A stretch of DNA of 64,000 nucleotides from a virus: IMG/VR virus record IMGVR_UViG_3300001765_000052, one strand, 5' to 3'. This document shows positions 10,362-20,482 of the stretch, in pieces. The notes below the pieces were generated by a model. The model did not search any database. It saw only the letters and a list, made by a program, of their open reading frames with translations, and was not told the origin of the DNA. Made by a program: the position numbers and the translations under genes. Position 1 is the stretch's first letter, and each line of letters begins with the position of its first letter.

Positions 10362-11141
10362 ATGAATAAAGAAATTGGAGCATATTTAATAAAAGACAAG
10401 CTTAATAATAAATTTTATACCGGAAGTTCTGGAGATTTAGAGAAAAGAATTGATAGGCATATCAGTGATTTAAAGCATAATGTTCATAAAAATAAAAATT
10501 TACAAGAACAATATAACAGTACACCTGAATTAAAGTTCTATGATAGATTTAATTTTATTAAAATACATGCTGAGAATAAAGAAAAAGCGATAGAATTAGA
10601 ACAGCGTATTTTGGATATTCATAAAGATTCTAGCGTGCTTTATAATATTGCAACAAATGCAAAAGTGAGTTCAAAAGGTGCTGTTAGATCGGAAGAATTT
10701 AGAAACCGTATTTCTGAAATTCATACTGGTTTAAAACGAACACCTGAACAAATTGAAAAAAATCGAATTGGGCACCTTGGTATAAAACAATCTGAAGAAA
10801 CAAAAGAAAAAAGAAGAGTATCAATGATGGGGAAAAATTTAGGTAAAAAACATACACCTGAAGCCATTGAAAAAATATCGATAGCTAGCAGAGGCAGGTG
10901 TTTTTCTGATGAAACTAAAGCTAAAATAAGTGAGGCTAGTTCTAGATATGATTACAATGAAGATTGGGCAAAAAAACATAAAGCGGCTATAGTAGAAAAA
11001 CAAGGTAAAAAACTAATGGTAGACAATGTTTGTTATAATACAATTGGTGAAGCTGCATTAGCTAACGGTTTATCAAACAGTTCAGCCAGAGATAGAGCAA
11101 ATTCTACAACTGGTAGATTTGATAATTGGCTTTTCGTTTGA
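10362..11141 (+). CDS. Free-standing GIY-YIG homing endonuclease with NUMOD3 repeats
   Basis: GAYLIK..FYTGSS..LEKR..H, LYN; repeated S/TEETKxKIS units; ATG 10362 with GAGG RBS preferred over TTG 10296. Confidence 0.88.
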   Translation: MNKEIGAYLIKDKLNNKFYTGSSGDLEKRIDRHISDLKHNVHKNKNLQEQYNSTPELKFYDRFNFIKIHAENKEKAIELEQRILDIHKDSSVLYNIATNAKVSSKGAVRSEEFRNRISEIHTGLKRTPEQIEKNRIGHLGIKQSEETKEKRRVSMMGKNLGKKHTPEAIEKISIASRGRCFSDETKAKISEASSRYDYNEDWAKKHKAAIVEKQGKKLMVDNVCYNTIGEAALANGLSNSSARDRANSTTGRFDNWLFV

Positions 11142-11170
11142 ATATAAGAAGTATATGCCTAATTGGTAGG
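11127..11170 (+). repeat. 44-bp direct repeat, copy 2
   Basis: Identical to 10223-10266; supplies the last codons and stop of the GIY-YIG ORF in another frame. Confidence 0.95.
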
Positions 11171-11237
11171 AGTTTTATGAGGTATATGTGAGTTTATATT
11201 TAAAGCGATTTAATCGACATTTAAAAAAGGAAAAATA

Positions 11238-13238
11238 ATGTTGACTATTGACGGAAGAAAATTGTTATTGTATACCACTGAAGAATTGTGGGGTAAATTA
11301 CGTGGTAAATTTCATGTAAAATTTGATGATGGTGTTATACTTACTAATTATAAAGAATGTATTTACAGTAGTTACACATGGGACTTTCATAGAAAATATA
11401 TAAACACACCTATGTTATTAAAACATCATGTTAAATATATTATTGGTGACGATTTAGTTAGTAGCGATACACATTTAAAATTAATTGAAAATGTTTTATG
11501 GTCGTGTTTCGATGCATATACAAATATTGAAACAGATAGAGTTGAACTGGTTAATCAATTGGCTAAATTAGCATACGACGTAACCAATCACCTTTACAAT
11601 GAGCTTACCTATAGACTTGAAGAATATGTGACATCTATTGATATTCTGGATTTTCTAGAAGTAACTAATGACCCGCGTGTTAAAAATGTTATTGAGGCAA
11701 TGCAACCAACTCAAGAATCAATTATAAATGTTTATTCTAGTATTAGTAACACTATTAAAGATAAGAATAACTTTATAAATAATTCGCTAGCAAAAGCTGT
11801 TAAATCAAACATTGTTGATATGAATCAAACTCTACAATGTATTGGTCCACGTGGTTTATTGACTGATATCGATTCTAACCAATTTGAAAAACCAATTACT
11901 CGTGGATATGTAAAAGGTATTAGAAGTTTACATGACAGTATGATTCAATCTAGATCAGCTGCAAAATCGATCGCGTTCTCAACAGATACATTACAGAAGA
12001 GTGAATATTTTTCTCGGCGACAACAATTGATTTGTCAAAACGTTAAGAATCTTCATATGGGTGATTGTGGTAGTACAAATTATCTATTATGGACAGTTAG
12101 GGATAATAGATACGATGGTGTTGGTTTAAACAGAGATGGTGATCTTAAAACAATAGCAGGAAAATATTATTTAGATGAAACTAGTAACACATTAAAAATA
12201 GTAAATAAAAATGATGTACATTTAATAGGAAAAACTATTAAATTAAGATCAATAGTAGCTGGATGTATGCATCCAGACCCATACGGTGTATGTGAGGTAT
12301 GTTTTGGAAATATTGCTGAATCAATACCTGCAAAAACTAATTTAGGTCATGCAGCATGTGTATCTATGACTGAGATAATATCTCAAATGGTTTTATCTAT
12401 TAAACATCTAGATAGTAGTGCTGTCATCGAAGGTATCTCATTAAAACCATATGAAAAGAAATATTTAAATGCACCAATAAATGGTAATCTTTATTATTTG
12501 AACGATAGTTTAAAAGGTAAAGATATGCATTTTGAATTTGAGTCGGCTAGTGCGTTAGGTCTTATTGATATTAATTTGGTGGATAATGTTAGAAAACTAA
12601 ATACAACTAGGATATCCGAATTAAGTCATATTGCATTAGTTTTTAATAGCACAACTGGTACAGATATAATACCTATTAAAGTAAGTATAAACAAAAGACT
12701 GGCTAGTATTACACATGAATTACTAGATTATATAAAACATACAGGTTGGTCTATTACTAAAGATAATAAGTACTCTATAGACATGAGTAAATGGGATTTT
12801 AAACTACCTATTTTATCATTACCAATGCAGCATTTTCATATGGGATTACATCAATCAGAAATATCTGATATGCTAGAAGCTACCGTGAAAGATATGACTG
12901 TCAGAGATTGTACAATTGAACCCAGTGCTATGTTGATCAATTTTCATGATTTAGTAAATAGTAGACTATCTATTAATTTAGCAATTTTAGATATTGTAAT
13001 ATATAGTAGTATGGTCGTTTCTGCCACACAAGGGGATTATAGTCTACCTAAGCCGTGGACAACATCTGGATTAGGTGTAATGAGGTTATTACTTAACAAT
13101 AGGAGTGTGGCACCCGTGATGGCTTACGAGAGGCATAAAAATTGCATCATATCTCCTAGTAATTATATCAACACAAATCGTTTTGATCACCCGTTTGATT
13201 CTATTTTAATAGCCGATAAGATTTTTCCAAATCATTAA
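11238..13238 (+). CDS. nvRNAP beta'-like C-terminal subunit (phiKZ gp74-like)
   Basis: 666 aa, SEYFSRRQQL, DCGS, LRS..C.HPDPYGVCEVCFG zinc motif, LSIKH. Confidence 0.85.
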   Translation: MLTIDGRKLLLYTTEELWGKLRGKFHVKFDDGVILTNYKECIYSSYTWDFHRKYINTPMLLKHHVKYIIGDDLVSSDTHLKLIENVLWSCFDAYTNIETDRVELVNQLAKLAYDVTNHLYNELTYRLEEYVTSIDILDFLEVTNDPRVKNVIEAMQPTQESIINVYSSISNTIKDKNNFINNSLAKAVKSNIVDMNQTLQCIGPRGLLTDIDSNQFEKPITRGYVKGIRSLHDSMIQSRSAAKSIAFSTDTLQKSEYFSRRQQLICQNVKNLHMGDCGSTNYLLWTVRDNRYDGVGLNRDGDLKTIAGKYYLDETSNTLKIVNKNDVHLIGKTIKLRSIVAGCMHPDPYGVCEVCFGNIAESIPAKTNLGHAACVSMTEIISQMVLSIKHLDSSAVIEGISLKPYEKKYLNAPINGNLYYLNDSLKGKDMHFEFESASALGLIDINLVDNVRKLNTTRISELSHIALVFNSTTGTDIIPIKVSINKRLASITHELLDYIKHTGWSITKDNKYSIDMSKWDFKLPILSLPMQHFHMGLHQSEISDMLEATVKDMTVRDCTIEPSAMLINFHDLVNSRLSINLAILDIVIYSSMVVSATQGDYSLPKPWTTSGLGVMRLLLNNRSVAPVMAYERHKNCIISPSNYINTNRFDHPFDSILIADKIFPNH

Positions 13239-13244
13239 GTAGGG

Positions 13245-13324
13245 TTAGGGATCTTCGGGTCCCTAATTATTATAATAAATATTTATTAAAGAATTAACAT
13301 ACTTAGTGTTAATTCTTTAATAAA
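13245..13324 (+). terminator. UUCG hairpin followed by 18-bp inverted repeat
   Basis: ttagggatc-ttcg-ggtccctaa; tttattaaagaattaaca / tgttaattctttaataaa. Confidence 0.6.
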
Positions 13325-13342
13325 CAAAGAAAGAAATAATAA

Positions 13343-14857
13343 ATGTTAATTACTATATATAGTAGACACTTTAGCGTTGACGAGTTGACAGATAAAACTA
13401 GAAATATTTGTTTGTCTTTTTCTAAAAAATTAATTCACTATGGATTTCAACCAGTCAAAGGCCAAATGGTTAGAACACCATTAAAAGTATTTGCAAGCTC
13501 TAATGAAAATAGAGATTCATTTAGATTTCATATTAATAATTTAAAGGAATTCAAAGAACATGTAATTATTCATAGGTACAGTTTAAATGAAAATGAATTT
13601 ATTATTGAAGATGAATTTGAAGCTGTCAAAGTAGATTTACCTATTAAACCAAATTGGGTATTAAGAGATTACCAAGCGCCTATTGCAGATTGGTTAACAC
13701 TTGATGAACCTAGAAATAAACTTGTTAGCATACAAACAGGTAAAGGAAAAACAGTCACTGCTTTAAACGCTATATCTAGAATAGGTTTAAGATTTGCGGT
13801 TATTATTAAACCTGCTTATACTGAGAAGTGGATAGATGATATTATGAAAACTTATGATATCGATAAGGAGGATATATTAGTTATTGCTGGTAGCGCATCA
13901 TTAATGACATTATTAATGATGGCTAAAGAAAATAAAGTAACTGCAAAAGCAATTATAATTAGCAACACAACTTTTAATAACTGGATAAGAATATATGAAA
14001 AATTTAAAGAAGAAACAATCGATATGGGATATGCTTGTTACCCATATGAATTTTTTAGAACACTTCAAATTGGTGTACGATTAATTGACGAAATACATCA
14101 ACACTACCACGGGTGTTTTAGAACTGATTTATATACACATGTAAAATATACTATTGCTTTGTCTGCTACAATGGTAAGCAATGATTCATTTATAACTAAA
14201 ATGCATTTACTAGCATATCCATTATCGGACAGATATAAAGATATTGGATTAGATAGATATATTAATTCTTATGCAATTCATTTTAGATTTAATAAACCGG
14301 AATTAATAAAAACTACTGAATGGGGTAGTAATAATTATTCTCATAATGCTGTTGAGAAAAGTATTATGAAACATATTCCAACATTAAATAGATACTTGGA
14401 ACTAATTAATTATACTATTGAAATAAGTTATTTAATGCAGGAAAGGAAAAAGAAACGACTATTAATATTTGCATACAGTATAGACATGATAGATAAAATT
14501 GTAATGTATTTACAAAACAAATATAGGTTAGCTGATATTAGAAGGTATGTAGCTGAAGATGATTACTCTAATCTAATAGAAGCTGATATTTGTGTATCTA
14601 CATTGGGTAGTAGTGGAACTGCAGTAGATATACCAGATCTAACTACAGTTATATTAACTACTACAATCAATAGTCTTCAGAGCAATATTCAGTCGTTAGG
14701 TAGATTAAGAAAGTTATCAGATGGCTGCTCAACTAAATTCTTATATTTAGTCTGTGATGATATACCTAAATCACTAGAATATCACTCAGCAAAGAAAAAA
14801 CTACTGGAACAGAGAGCTAAAACTTATACTGAAGTACATTCAGGTAGAGTTATTTAA
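13343..14857 (+). CDS. Superfamily 2 DExH helicase (phiKZ gp75-like)
   Basis: LRDYQ, QTGKGKT (Walker A), DEIH, SAT, QSLGRLR. Confidence 0.9.
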   Translation: MLITIYSRHFSVDELTDKTRNICLSFSKKLIHYGFQPVKGQMVRTPLKVFASSNENRDSFRFHINNLKEFKEHVIIHRYSLNENEFIIEDEFEAVKVDLPIKPNWVLRDYQAPIADWLTLDEPRNKLVSIQTGKGKTVTALNAISRIGLRFAVIIKPAYTEKWIDDIMKTYDIDKEDILVIAGSASLMTLLMMAKENKVTAKAIIISNTTFNNWIRIYEKFKEETIDMGYACYPYEFFRTLQIGVRLIDEIHQHYHGCFRTDLYTHVKYTIALSATMVSNDSFITKMHLLAYPLSDRYKDIGLDRYINSYAIHFRFNKPELIKTTEWGSNNYSHNAVEKSIMKHIPTLNRYLELINYTIEISYLMQERKKKRLLIFAYSIDMIDKIVMYLQNKYRLADIRRYVAEDDYSNLIEADICVSTLGSSGTAVDIPDLTTVILTTTINSLQSNIQSLGRLRKLSDGCSTKFLYLVCDDIPKSLEYHSAKKKLLEQRAKTYTEVHSGRVI

Positions 14858-14979
14858 CACAATTAAGGTACAAAATGTTTAACAATGAAAATCTTTTAAT
14901 ATCCCAGATGGTTGTAAAAGATAAGAAATTTCTAAAACATATGTTAAAGACTATCGTTTAAACAAAAAGGAAGATTAAC

Positions 14980-15354
14980 ATGAAGATACATCACAAAGGA
15001 ATACCTGTTATGAATAGACCCATTCAAGTAACTTGCTTGGATGAGTTAATGATAGAAATGTTAATGTGCGCGCCGCCGCCGTATACTGTATATACAAACG
15101 AGTTTGGTTTAAAGAAAGCCAGACTTAATAATGGAGCATATATATACAAATTTATATCTGGAGCGGATTTATGTTGCACAAATGTAAAAAATGAGTATGA
15201 GATATATCATAATGTTTACAACGGTAATGCTGCCGTTGCTGAACTTAAAATGTTAGATTCTTTAAGAATTGCTAAAAAACATTTTAATGAAATGGTGGAA
15301 CTCAACCAAATAATTAAACATTTATCTTTAAAATCCACATTAGTTCCAATTTAA
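14980..15354 (+). CDS. Hypothetical protein
   Basis: 124-aa ORF with AAGGA RBS; no recognised motif. Confidence 0.55.
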   Translation: MKIHHKGIPVMNRPIQVTCLDELMIEMLMCAPPPYTVYTNEFGLKKARLNNGAYIYKFISGADLCCTNVKNEYEIYHNVYNGNAAVAELKMLDSLRIAKKHFNEMVELNQIIKHLSLKSTLVPI

Positions 15355-15366
15355 AAAAATCGTATT

Positions 15367-15401
15367 CTAGAATTTTTCGGTCATATATAATTAATGTGAA
15401 T
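15367..15401 (+). promoter_or_regulatory. Early promoter motif
   Basis: ctagaatttttcggtcatatataattaatgtgaat; same family as 30314, 33034, 33920, 40711, 60779. Confidence 0.65.
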
Positions 15402-15680
15402 ATGGGGTAAACCTGAACTATCCTTTGGAAATGAGATGTAACTTTTATCTAAAACTGATTAAAGTGTTTATCAAAACTTCCCTACTGGTCTATCAAGACA
15501 TCCGTATTCTGAATGCTAACTAAAGATCGGGATATCAGTTAGTAAAAATGTTTGCCAGTATTCTAAGCAACATGCTTATAGAAACTGCGCCCCGATATTA
15601 GCCTGAGAAACTTAATACGGGAAAAGACTCTCCTGCAGTACATTCCCCTAAAAAGGAATGTACTGTGGAAGATTTTTTTT
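15400..15680 (+). ncRNA. Candidate structured ncRNA (or small-peptide mRNA)
   Basis: Lies between an early promoter and a strong terminator; several hairpins; longest noted ORF only 30 codons (15431-15523). Confidence 0.4.
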
Positions 15681-15688
15681 TATTTTTT
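15633..15688 (+). terminator. Rho-independent terminator, probably bidirectional
   Basis: ctgcagtacattcc / ggaatgtactgtgg then long T run. Confidence 0.8.
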
Positions 15689-16171
15689 ATTCATTGTATC
15701 TAAAATTTCACTTGTTTTATCATACTCTTTTTGTAACCTATTTGTACAATCTGCCATGATATATGTTGCGATATCGTGAGGTAAATCAAGGTAATCTAAT
15801 AAAGATAAACCATAATGCGAATAGACTTTTCTATCTGCATATAGTTTAATTAATTCATATAGTCTACTTCCATCGCAGATATTTTCTGCGTTATGTAAAG
15901 CTATACTAGATAACGGTCGTTTGAGATTAGGGTCTGAAATACTTTGTTCATATATCTCTTGTGAGATATAATCATGTATACCATTCGAATTCTCATACGC
16001 TTGTTGTAATATAGCTTTACTAGAAACAATATCTGTTTTTTTTACCCCTTCAAGTACTTTAAATAATAAGCAATCTTCTTCAATTTCCAGACCGAAGTCA
16101 GCTTGACTTACATGTACCTCATTTAACGTGCTTCGATCTTTTTCAGGCGTGAAATGAGTAATGTAAAAAAA
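15680..16171 (-). CDS. Start-less 163-codon ORF (gp76-like); probable -1 frameshift extension of upstream gene (tail chaperone GT-like)
   Basis: Hand-translated, no stops: FFYITHF...RPLSSIALHNAEN...YGLSLLDYLDLPHD...MNKK*; no ATG/GTG/TTG until the last 26 codons; begins at T-TTT-TTT heptamer 16171-16165. Confidence 0.75.
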   Translation of the reverse strand, partial: FFYITHFTPEKDRSTLNEVHVSQADFGLEIEEDCLLFKVLEGVKKTDIVSSKAILQQAYENSNGIHDYISQEIYEQSISDPNLKRPLSSIALHNAENICDGSRLYELIKLYADRKVYSHYGLSLLDYLDLPHDIATYIMADCTNRLQKEYDKTSEILDTMNKK

Positions 16172-17646
16172 GTTTGAATAACATCAATCGGAATTAATTT
16201 AGGATGATGAACATGTTCTTTTGAAGATGTTTGTTCTCCACCGCAATTCGGACATTTGAATGTAGGAATTGCAACTAATGAGATAACAGAATTATCTAAG
16301 TACTCCGCCACCATTTTCATAAAATTTGTTCTAAGTTTATCACTAGCAGTTAGATCATTAAGAACTTCTTCTATTGTATCGATATCATCGTAGACATCGC
16401 CAGCTACTTCAATTGATTCTACAAAATGTGCATATTGGCGCATTGCTGTAGCTTTTGCTTGAGATAGTAAATACTCATCTCGTTTGGCTTCATCTTTAAT
16501 TAAAGATTTACTATAGTTTTCTTCAATTCCGTTTACCCACCTATATCCAGAATCAATATGTTCCACGATCGTAGGTAGTTTAATAATCATGCTTACTGAA
16601 TCAGATAAATCTATTTTCTTTTTTTGTCCACGGATAAAATCATCAGTGTACTTTTTAACACTGTCTACATTCATACTACCACGCTGACGTTTTGTCATGT
16701 GGTTTACTTGGTACTGTGTTAGAGATGATGAATCAGTCCAAAGTAATTTAGATAAATCTAATTTTTCTTTAATAATGTAATTGCATTTCTCTGGATCAGA
16801 AATACAGGGTCTTGTATACTGAAAACCATTAGAATATACACTGCAAGCTAGACCCCAAAATAAAACCGATAAATCAGGTGCTTTAATGTATTTACGAATA
16901 TCGTCGCCTTCTGCAACAGCTAGCGATGACTCGTACATATTCTCTATGCAAAAATCTAATAGCACTTTCGATGCATAAGAAGTATTATTAGAGAATAATA
17001 GACCATAACTAGATCTACCGAGCGAGATTTTTTCAGATGTAATTTGACGATACAATTCTAACAAATCTCCTTCACTAGGTGCTTTAATTCTGATCCAGAA
17101 ACCACTATGCCATAAAGGTATATTAAATATTACACCTAATTTTAAAGCTTGTCTGATGCGTAATCTAGCTCTTTCTCCTGTAAACTTTGTACCATCATTT
17201 GTTTTAAATGATGGAGCACTAGCAGTTAGAACACCTTGAGGTGAAGTTACACCTTGAACAAAATCAGAGTCGTCTCTATCTACAGTCCTATTTAAACCAT
17301 CACCATAGACAACTGTTTCCATACCAGCATTAACTGCACCAATCCACTCTTTACCTTGCTGTGTTTCAGCAAGTCGTGTTCGTGGGATATCTTTGATAAT
17401 TGCTTCTGTTATTTTACCTGTATTTGCTGGTAAAAAAGCTGTTTCATTATCATAACTAAACTCATCTTCTAATTTTTCAGAGTACGGAACTTGGACAATA
17501 AAGTTTTGTTTGGTTTTTAATGGTTCAACTGTAGATGTTTTTTCTTCAGTTATAATTGGTTGTTTTTCAATTAACGGAATTGGTTCTTCTTTTTCGGATA
17601 ACGTAAATGGTGCCGGTGTTTCTTGAATATCTGGAGTGTTGATCAT
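16123..17646 (-). CDS. Conserved protein (phiKZ gp77-like); putative tail/baseplate assembly chaperone (T4 gp26-like features)
   Basis: 507 aa; IRIKAPS..DL..LFWGL...C.....C and C-terminal CPNC. Confidence 0.6.
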   Translation of the reverse strand: MINTPDIQETPAPFTLSEKEEPIPLIEKQPIITEEKTSTVEPLKTKQNFIVQVPYSEKLEDEFSYDNETAFLPANTGKITEAIIKDIPRTRLAETQQGKEWIGAVNAGMETVVYGDGLNRTVDRDDSDFVQGVTSPQGVLTASAPSFKTNDGTKFTGERARLRIRQALKLGVIFNIPLWHSGFWIRIKAPSEGDLLELYRQITSEKISLGRSSYGLLFSNNTSYASKVLLDFCIENMYESSLAVAEGDDIRKYIKAPDLSVLFWGLACSVYSNGFQYTRPCISDPEKCNYIIKEKLDLSKLLWTDSSSLTQYQVNHMTKRQRGSMNVDSVKKYTDDFIRGQKKKIDLSDSVSMIIKLPTIVEHIDSGYRWVNGIEENYSKSLIKDEAKRDEYLLSQAKATAMRQYAHFVESIEVAGDVYDDIDTIEEVLNDLTASDKLRTNFMKMVAEYLDNSVISLVAIPTFKCPNCGGEQTSSKEHVHHPKLIPIDVIQTFFTLLISRLKKIEAR

Positions 17647-18236
17647 TCTGATGCCTCAGTATTTTGGTTAATTTCTGGTAATGTAACTACATTTGGTTGA
17701 TAAGAATTTTCGCTGATATTAGTTGTTTTAATCTCAACATCAGTAACAACATTTGGGTTCATTAAATTCATTTCATTATCTACTAGTTCATTAATTATCC
17801 CTATTTGTTCTAATATATGTGCCATTGTTGGTATTATATTAGCTTCATAAATCTCTAATGCATCTGCATATTCTCCGTGTATATGCAATAATTCAATATG
17901 TTCATCGGGTGTAACTGTACCTCCTAATTTATCAGAATGCTTAGCATATATAGAAGTTAATCTATCGCTATGCTCAGCTATATCTTTTGTAAGGATTGTA
18001 ATATTATTAGCTAAAGCTATAGGGTCATCAAGTTTTTTTACTTTTGTTTCATCTTTAACAAAATCAACTAGATTATCTCTTAAAGTACCCTCTACTTTTG
18101 CAATAGCTTCTACACATTGTACATAATGATTTCTTGCGTCATCCCAAAAATTGTTTGTTGGTCTATTCAATTCTAGTTCTTTTCTATTTTTATCCAACAC
18201 TCTTTTGTGTATTTTTGATAGTGATTTTGCTGCCAT
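17643..18236 (-). CDS. Hypothetical helical protein (gp78-like position)
   Basis: 197 aa; ATGA overlap with next gene. Confidence 0.65.
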   Translation of the reverse strand: MAAKSLSKIHKRVLDKNRKELELNRPTNNFWDDARNHYVQCVEAIAKVEGTLRDNLVDFVKDETKVKKLDDPIALANNITILTKDIAEHSDRLTSIYAKHSDKLGGTVTPDEHIELLHIHGEYADALEIYEANIIPTMAHILEQIGIINELVDNEMNLMNPNVVTDVEIKTTNISENSYQPNVVTLPEINQNTEASE

Positions 18237-18348
18237 GAAATTCCTAAATAAGAATTAATTTTAAATACGGTTTGACAATGATTTGACAAGCCGACGCATA
18301 TTGGTACAAACAATAGTTATATATGTTTTATTTTTAAATGTGAGATTT

Positions 18349-19194
18349 ATGATCTACGATGAATTAAGAAACTATTTGATATATGTTAGCAGTAGTGAAA
18401 CTGTTGATATATTCGATTCAGCTGTTGTTGTGTTTGAAAAATACTGTGTTCCAAATTACATGGATTTATTTGATGGAACAGTTTCAAATAATAATACACA
18501 CGGACCTGAAACAATTTTAGATTGTTTATATAATGATTTACGTTTAATACTTACATCATTATTAACAATACAAGGAGTAGAATTAAAAGAAGATATTATG
18601 GTATCCCAACTAGTGGATATAGTTAATGCTTTATTTGAATTACCATATTACTTTGATAAAATAATAATTAAAGACATTGTGTCTACGGATGAGCCAGATG
18701 AAATTAAATTTTGTCAACTAATTAGCTTATTAACAAGATATAAAACGGAAGAAATTTTATCATTTTTATCTCATATAGATGAAACTTTCATAGATAATTT
18801 TAAACAACAAATTAAACTCATTGAAGATACTTCTACAACAATTGATATTAAAGATCATATTGGAATGTATGCTAAGTACAAAGAACTCGTATTACGTAAA
18901 GAAAATAGTTACTGTGATAAATTTTTTATACGAATTCAAACAATCGGATTACCGTATGAAGATTATATTAATCAGTATATGATAGATAAAAAAGAATATT
19001 TGCACGACTCAAGTGCTGCTTATATTGAAACAGTAGCAAAAGATTTAATGGGTTTAACTATATTGTCAAGTGATGGATTAGGTAACCCGCTAATGACAAT
19101 TAGGAAATATCTAGGTAATATATATACAGATATTAACATATCCACAAAAGTTGATATTGCTGTATCAAAAATACTTTTCAAATTTACTGGATAA
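18349..19194 (+). CDS. Conserved hypothetical protein (gp79-like position)
   Basis: ORF track start 18283 is TTG; ATG 18349 follows a TATG late-promoter-like motif. Confidence 0.6.
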   Translation: MIYDELRNYLIYVSSSETVDIFDSAVVVFEKYCVPNYMDLFDGTVSNNNTHGPETILDCLYNDLRLILTSLLTIQGVELKEDIMVSQLVDIVNALFELPYYFDKIIIKDIVSTDEPDEIKFCQLISLLTRYKTEEILSFLSHIDETFIDNFKQQIKLIEDTSTTIDIKDHIGMYAKYKELVLRKENSYCDKFFIRIQTIGLPYEDYINQYMIDKKEYLHDSSAAYIETVAKDLMGLTILSSDGLGNPLMTIRKYLGNIYTDINISTKVDIAVSKILFKFTG

Positions 19195-19199
19195 AATAA

Positions 19200-19847
19200 A
19201 TGAGAAAAACTATATTTCAATATGCAGAAGAATCTTTAGAAGAATCACCTAAAGTATTAGAAGAAAACAATAAACCTACAGGTGTAGCTTTTAATGAAAA
19301 AGAGTATGTTTTTTATGCAAGAATGACCGATGATACTATATTAGATAAAGCACAAAGTTTTACAATACAAGAACAATGGGAAATAAAAATACCTAAAAGT
19401 AATGAAAACGCAAAATCAGGCAGAATCCGAATTAGGCGTATTGATGATAAAGGTACAGTGAGTTTTGTATTAACCACAAAAATAAAACTAGATATTGGCG
19501 AACAAGAAGTTGAATTAACAGCTAGTGAAGATGCTTTTAAACAATTCAAACTTTTAGCCAGTAGCGGAATGCATAAGAAAAGATATATATTTCCAATTGA
19601 AAACACTGATCTTAAATGGGAAATTGATGTATTCTTTTTGTCAGATATGAAAATGTCAGATTATGTTAAAATAGATTTAGAGGTAAAAGATAATTTAAAT
19701 AAAATACCGCCATTACCACCAGGGTTTACAGATATTATTTACAATCAAAAAAGTAAATTAACTGAAGCGGAAAAGAAAAAAATTCAGGGTTTATATGATG
19801 CTATTTTTCGAAAGAAGAATGAGTATCTTGAACAGTCGTCAATTTAA
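19200..19847 (+). CDS. CYTH (triphosphate tunnel metalloenzyme) family protein
   Basis: EKEY, RIRIRR, LTTK, EVE, KKRY, WEIDVF, DLEV motifs. Confidence 0.8.
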   Translation: MRKTIFQYAEESLEESPKVLEENNKPTGVAFNEKEYVFYARMTDDTILDKAQSFTIQEQWEIKIPKSNENAKSGRIRIRRIDDKGTVSFVLTTKIKLDIGEQEVELTASEDAFKQFKLLASSGMHKKRYIFPIENTDLKWEIDVFFLSDMKMSDYVKIDLEVKDNLNKIPPLPPGFTDIIYNQKSKLTEAEKKKIQGLYDAIFRKKNEYLEQSSI

Positions 19848-19868
19848 TTTTTATTGGAGTTTATATAA

Positions 19869-20453
19869 ATGAGTAATCTTATTAGATCTAGAAATCGTCT
19901 ACCATTTGATTTTCAAGATGGATTAAAAGTAGCCGGTGTGGATATTTCGCAATTAATAGCACAACTTATTGAGATTAGTCCTAGCCGAGTGATTCTTAAC
20001 AATACCAATATTGTTAATGGTTTAGGTTATACACCGGTTAATAAAGCTGGTGATACAATGTCAGGTAGTTTGACAATCAATGGCAATCTTATCGCAACTG
20101 GAGATGTAACGGCATATTCAGACGAAAAACTAAAAAATGATTGGAAAAATTTACCCGATGATTTTTTACTAAAACTAAGCAATGTAAAATCAGGTACATA
20201 CAACAGAATAGATACTAATACAAGACAAGCCGGTGTATCTGCTCAAAGTTTAAAAGAAGTGCTACCGGAGTGTGTTGTTGGAAATGATACTTTATCGGTT
20301 TCATATGGTCCGGCGGCATTGGTATCTACTATTGCATTAGCGAAAAAATGTATAGATTTAGAAAATCGATTAATACAAAGTAATAGCAATATGGATATAC
20401 TTTTAGACATGGTTAAGGATATGCATGTCAGGTTAAATGCAATTTCAGATTAA
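19869..20453 (+). CDS. Short tail-fibre-like protein with intramolecular chaperone (Peptidase_S74-like) domain
   Basis: LGYTPVNKAGDTMSG, YSDEKLK cleavage motif, GVSAQ..EVLPE.V..SVSY, C-terminal coiled coil. Confidence 0.8.
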   Translation: MSNLIRSRNRLPFDFQDGLKVAGVDISQLIAQLIEISPSRVILNNTNIVNGLGYTPVNKAGDTMSGSLTINGNLIATGDVTAYSDEKLKNDWKNLPDDFLLKLSNVKSGTYNRIDTNTRQAGVSAQSLKEVLPECVVGNDTLSVSYGPAALVSTIALAKKCIDLENRLIQSNSNMDILLDMVKDMHVRLNAISD

Positions 20454-20482
20454 TGGGATTAATAAAAAAAAAAGGATAAAAA

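Noticed and set aside
10223-11170. IS element or integrase-mediated island
   Set aside because: No transposase, integrase or terminal inverted repeats; the only cargo is a GIY-YIG nuclease.
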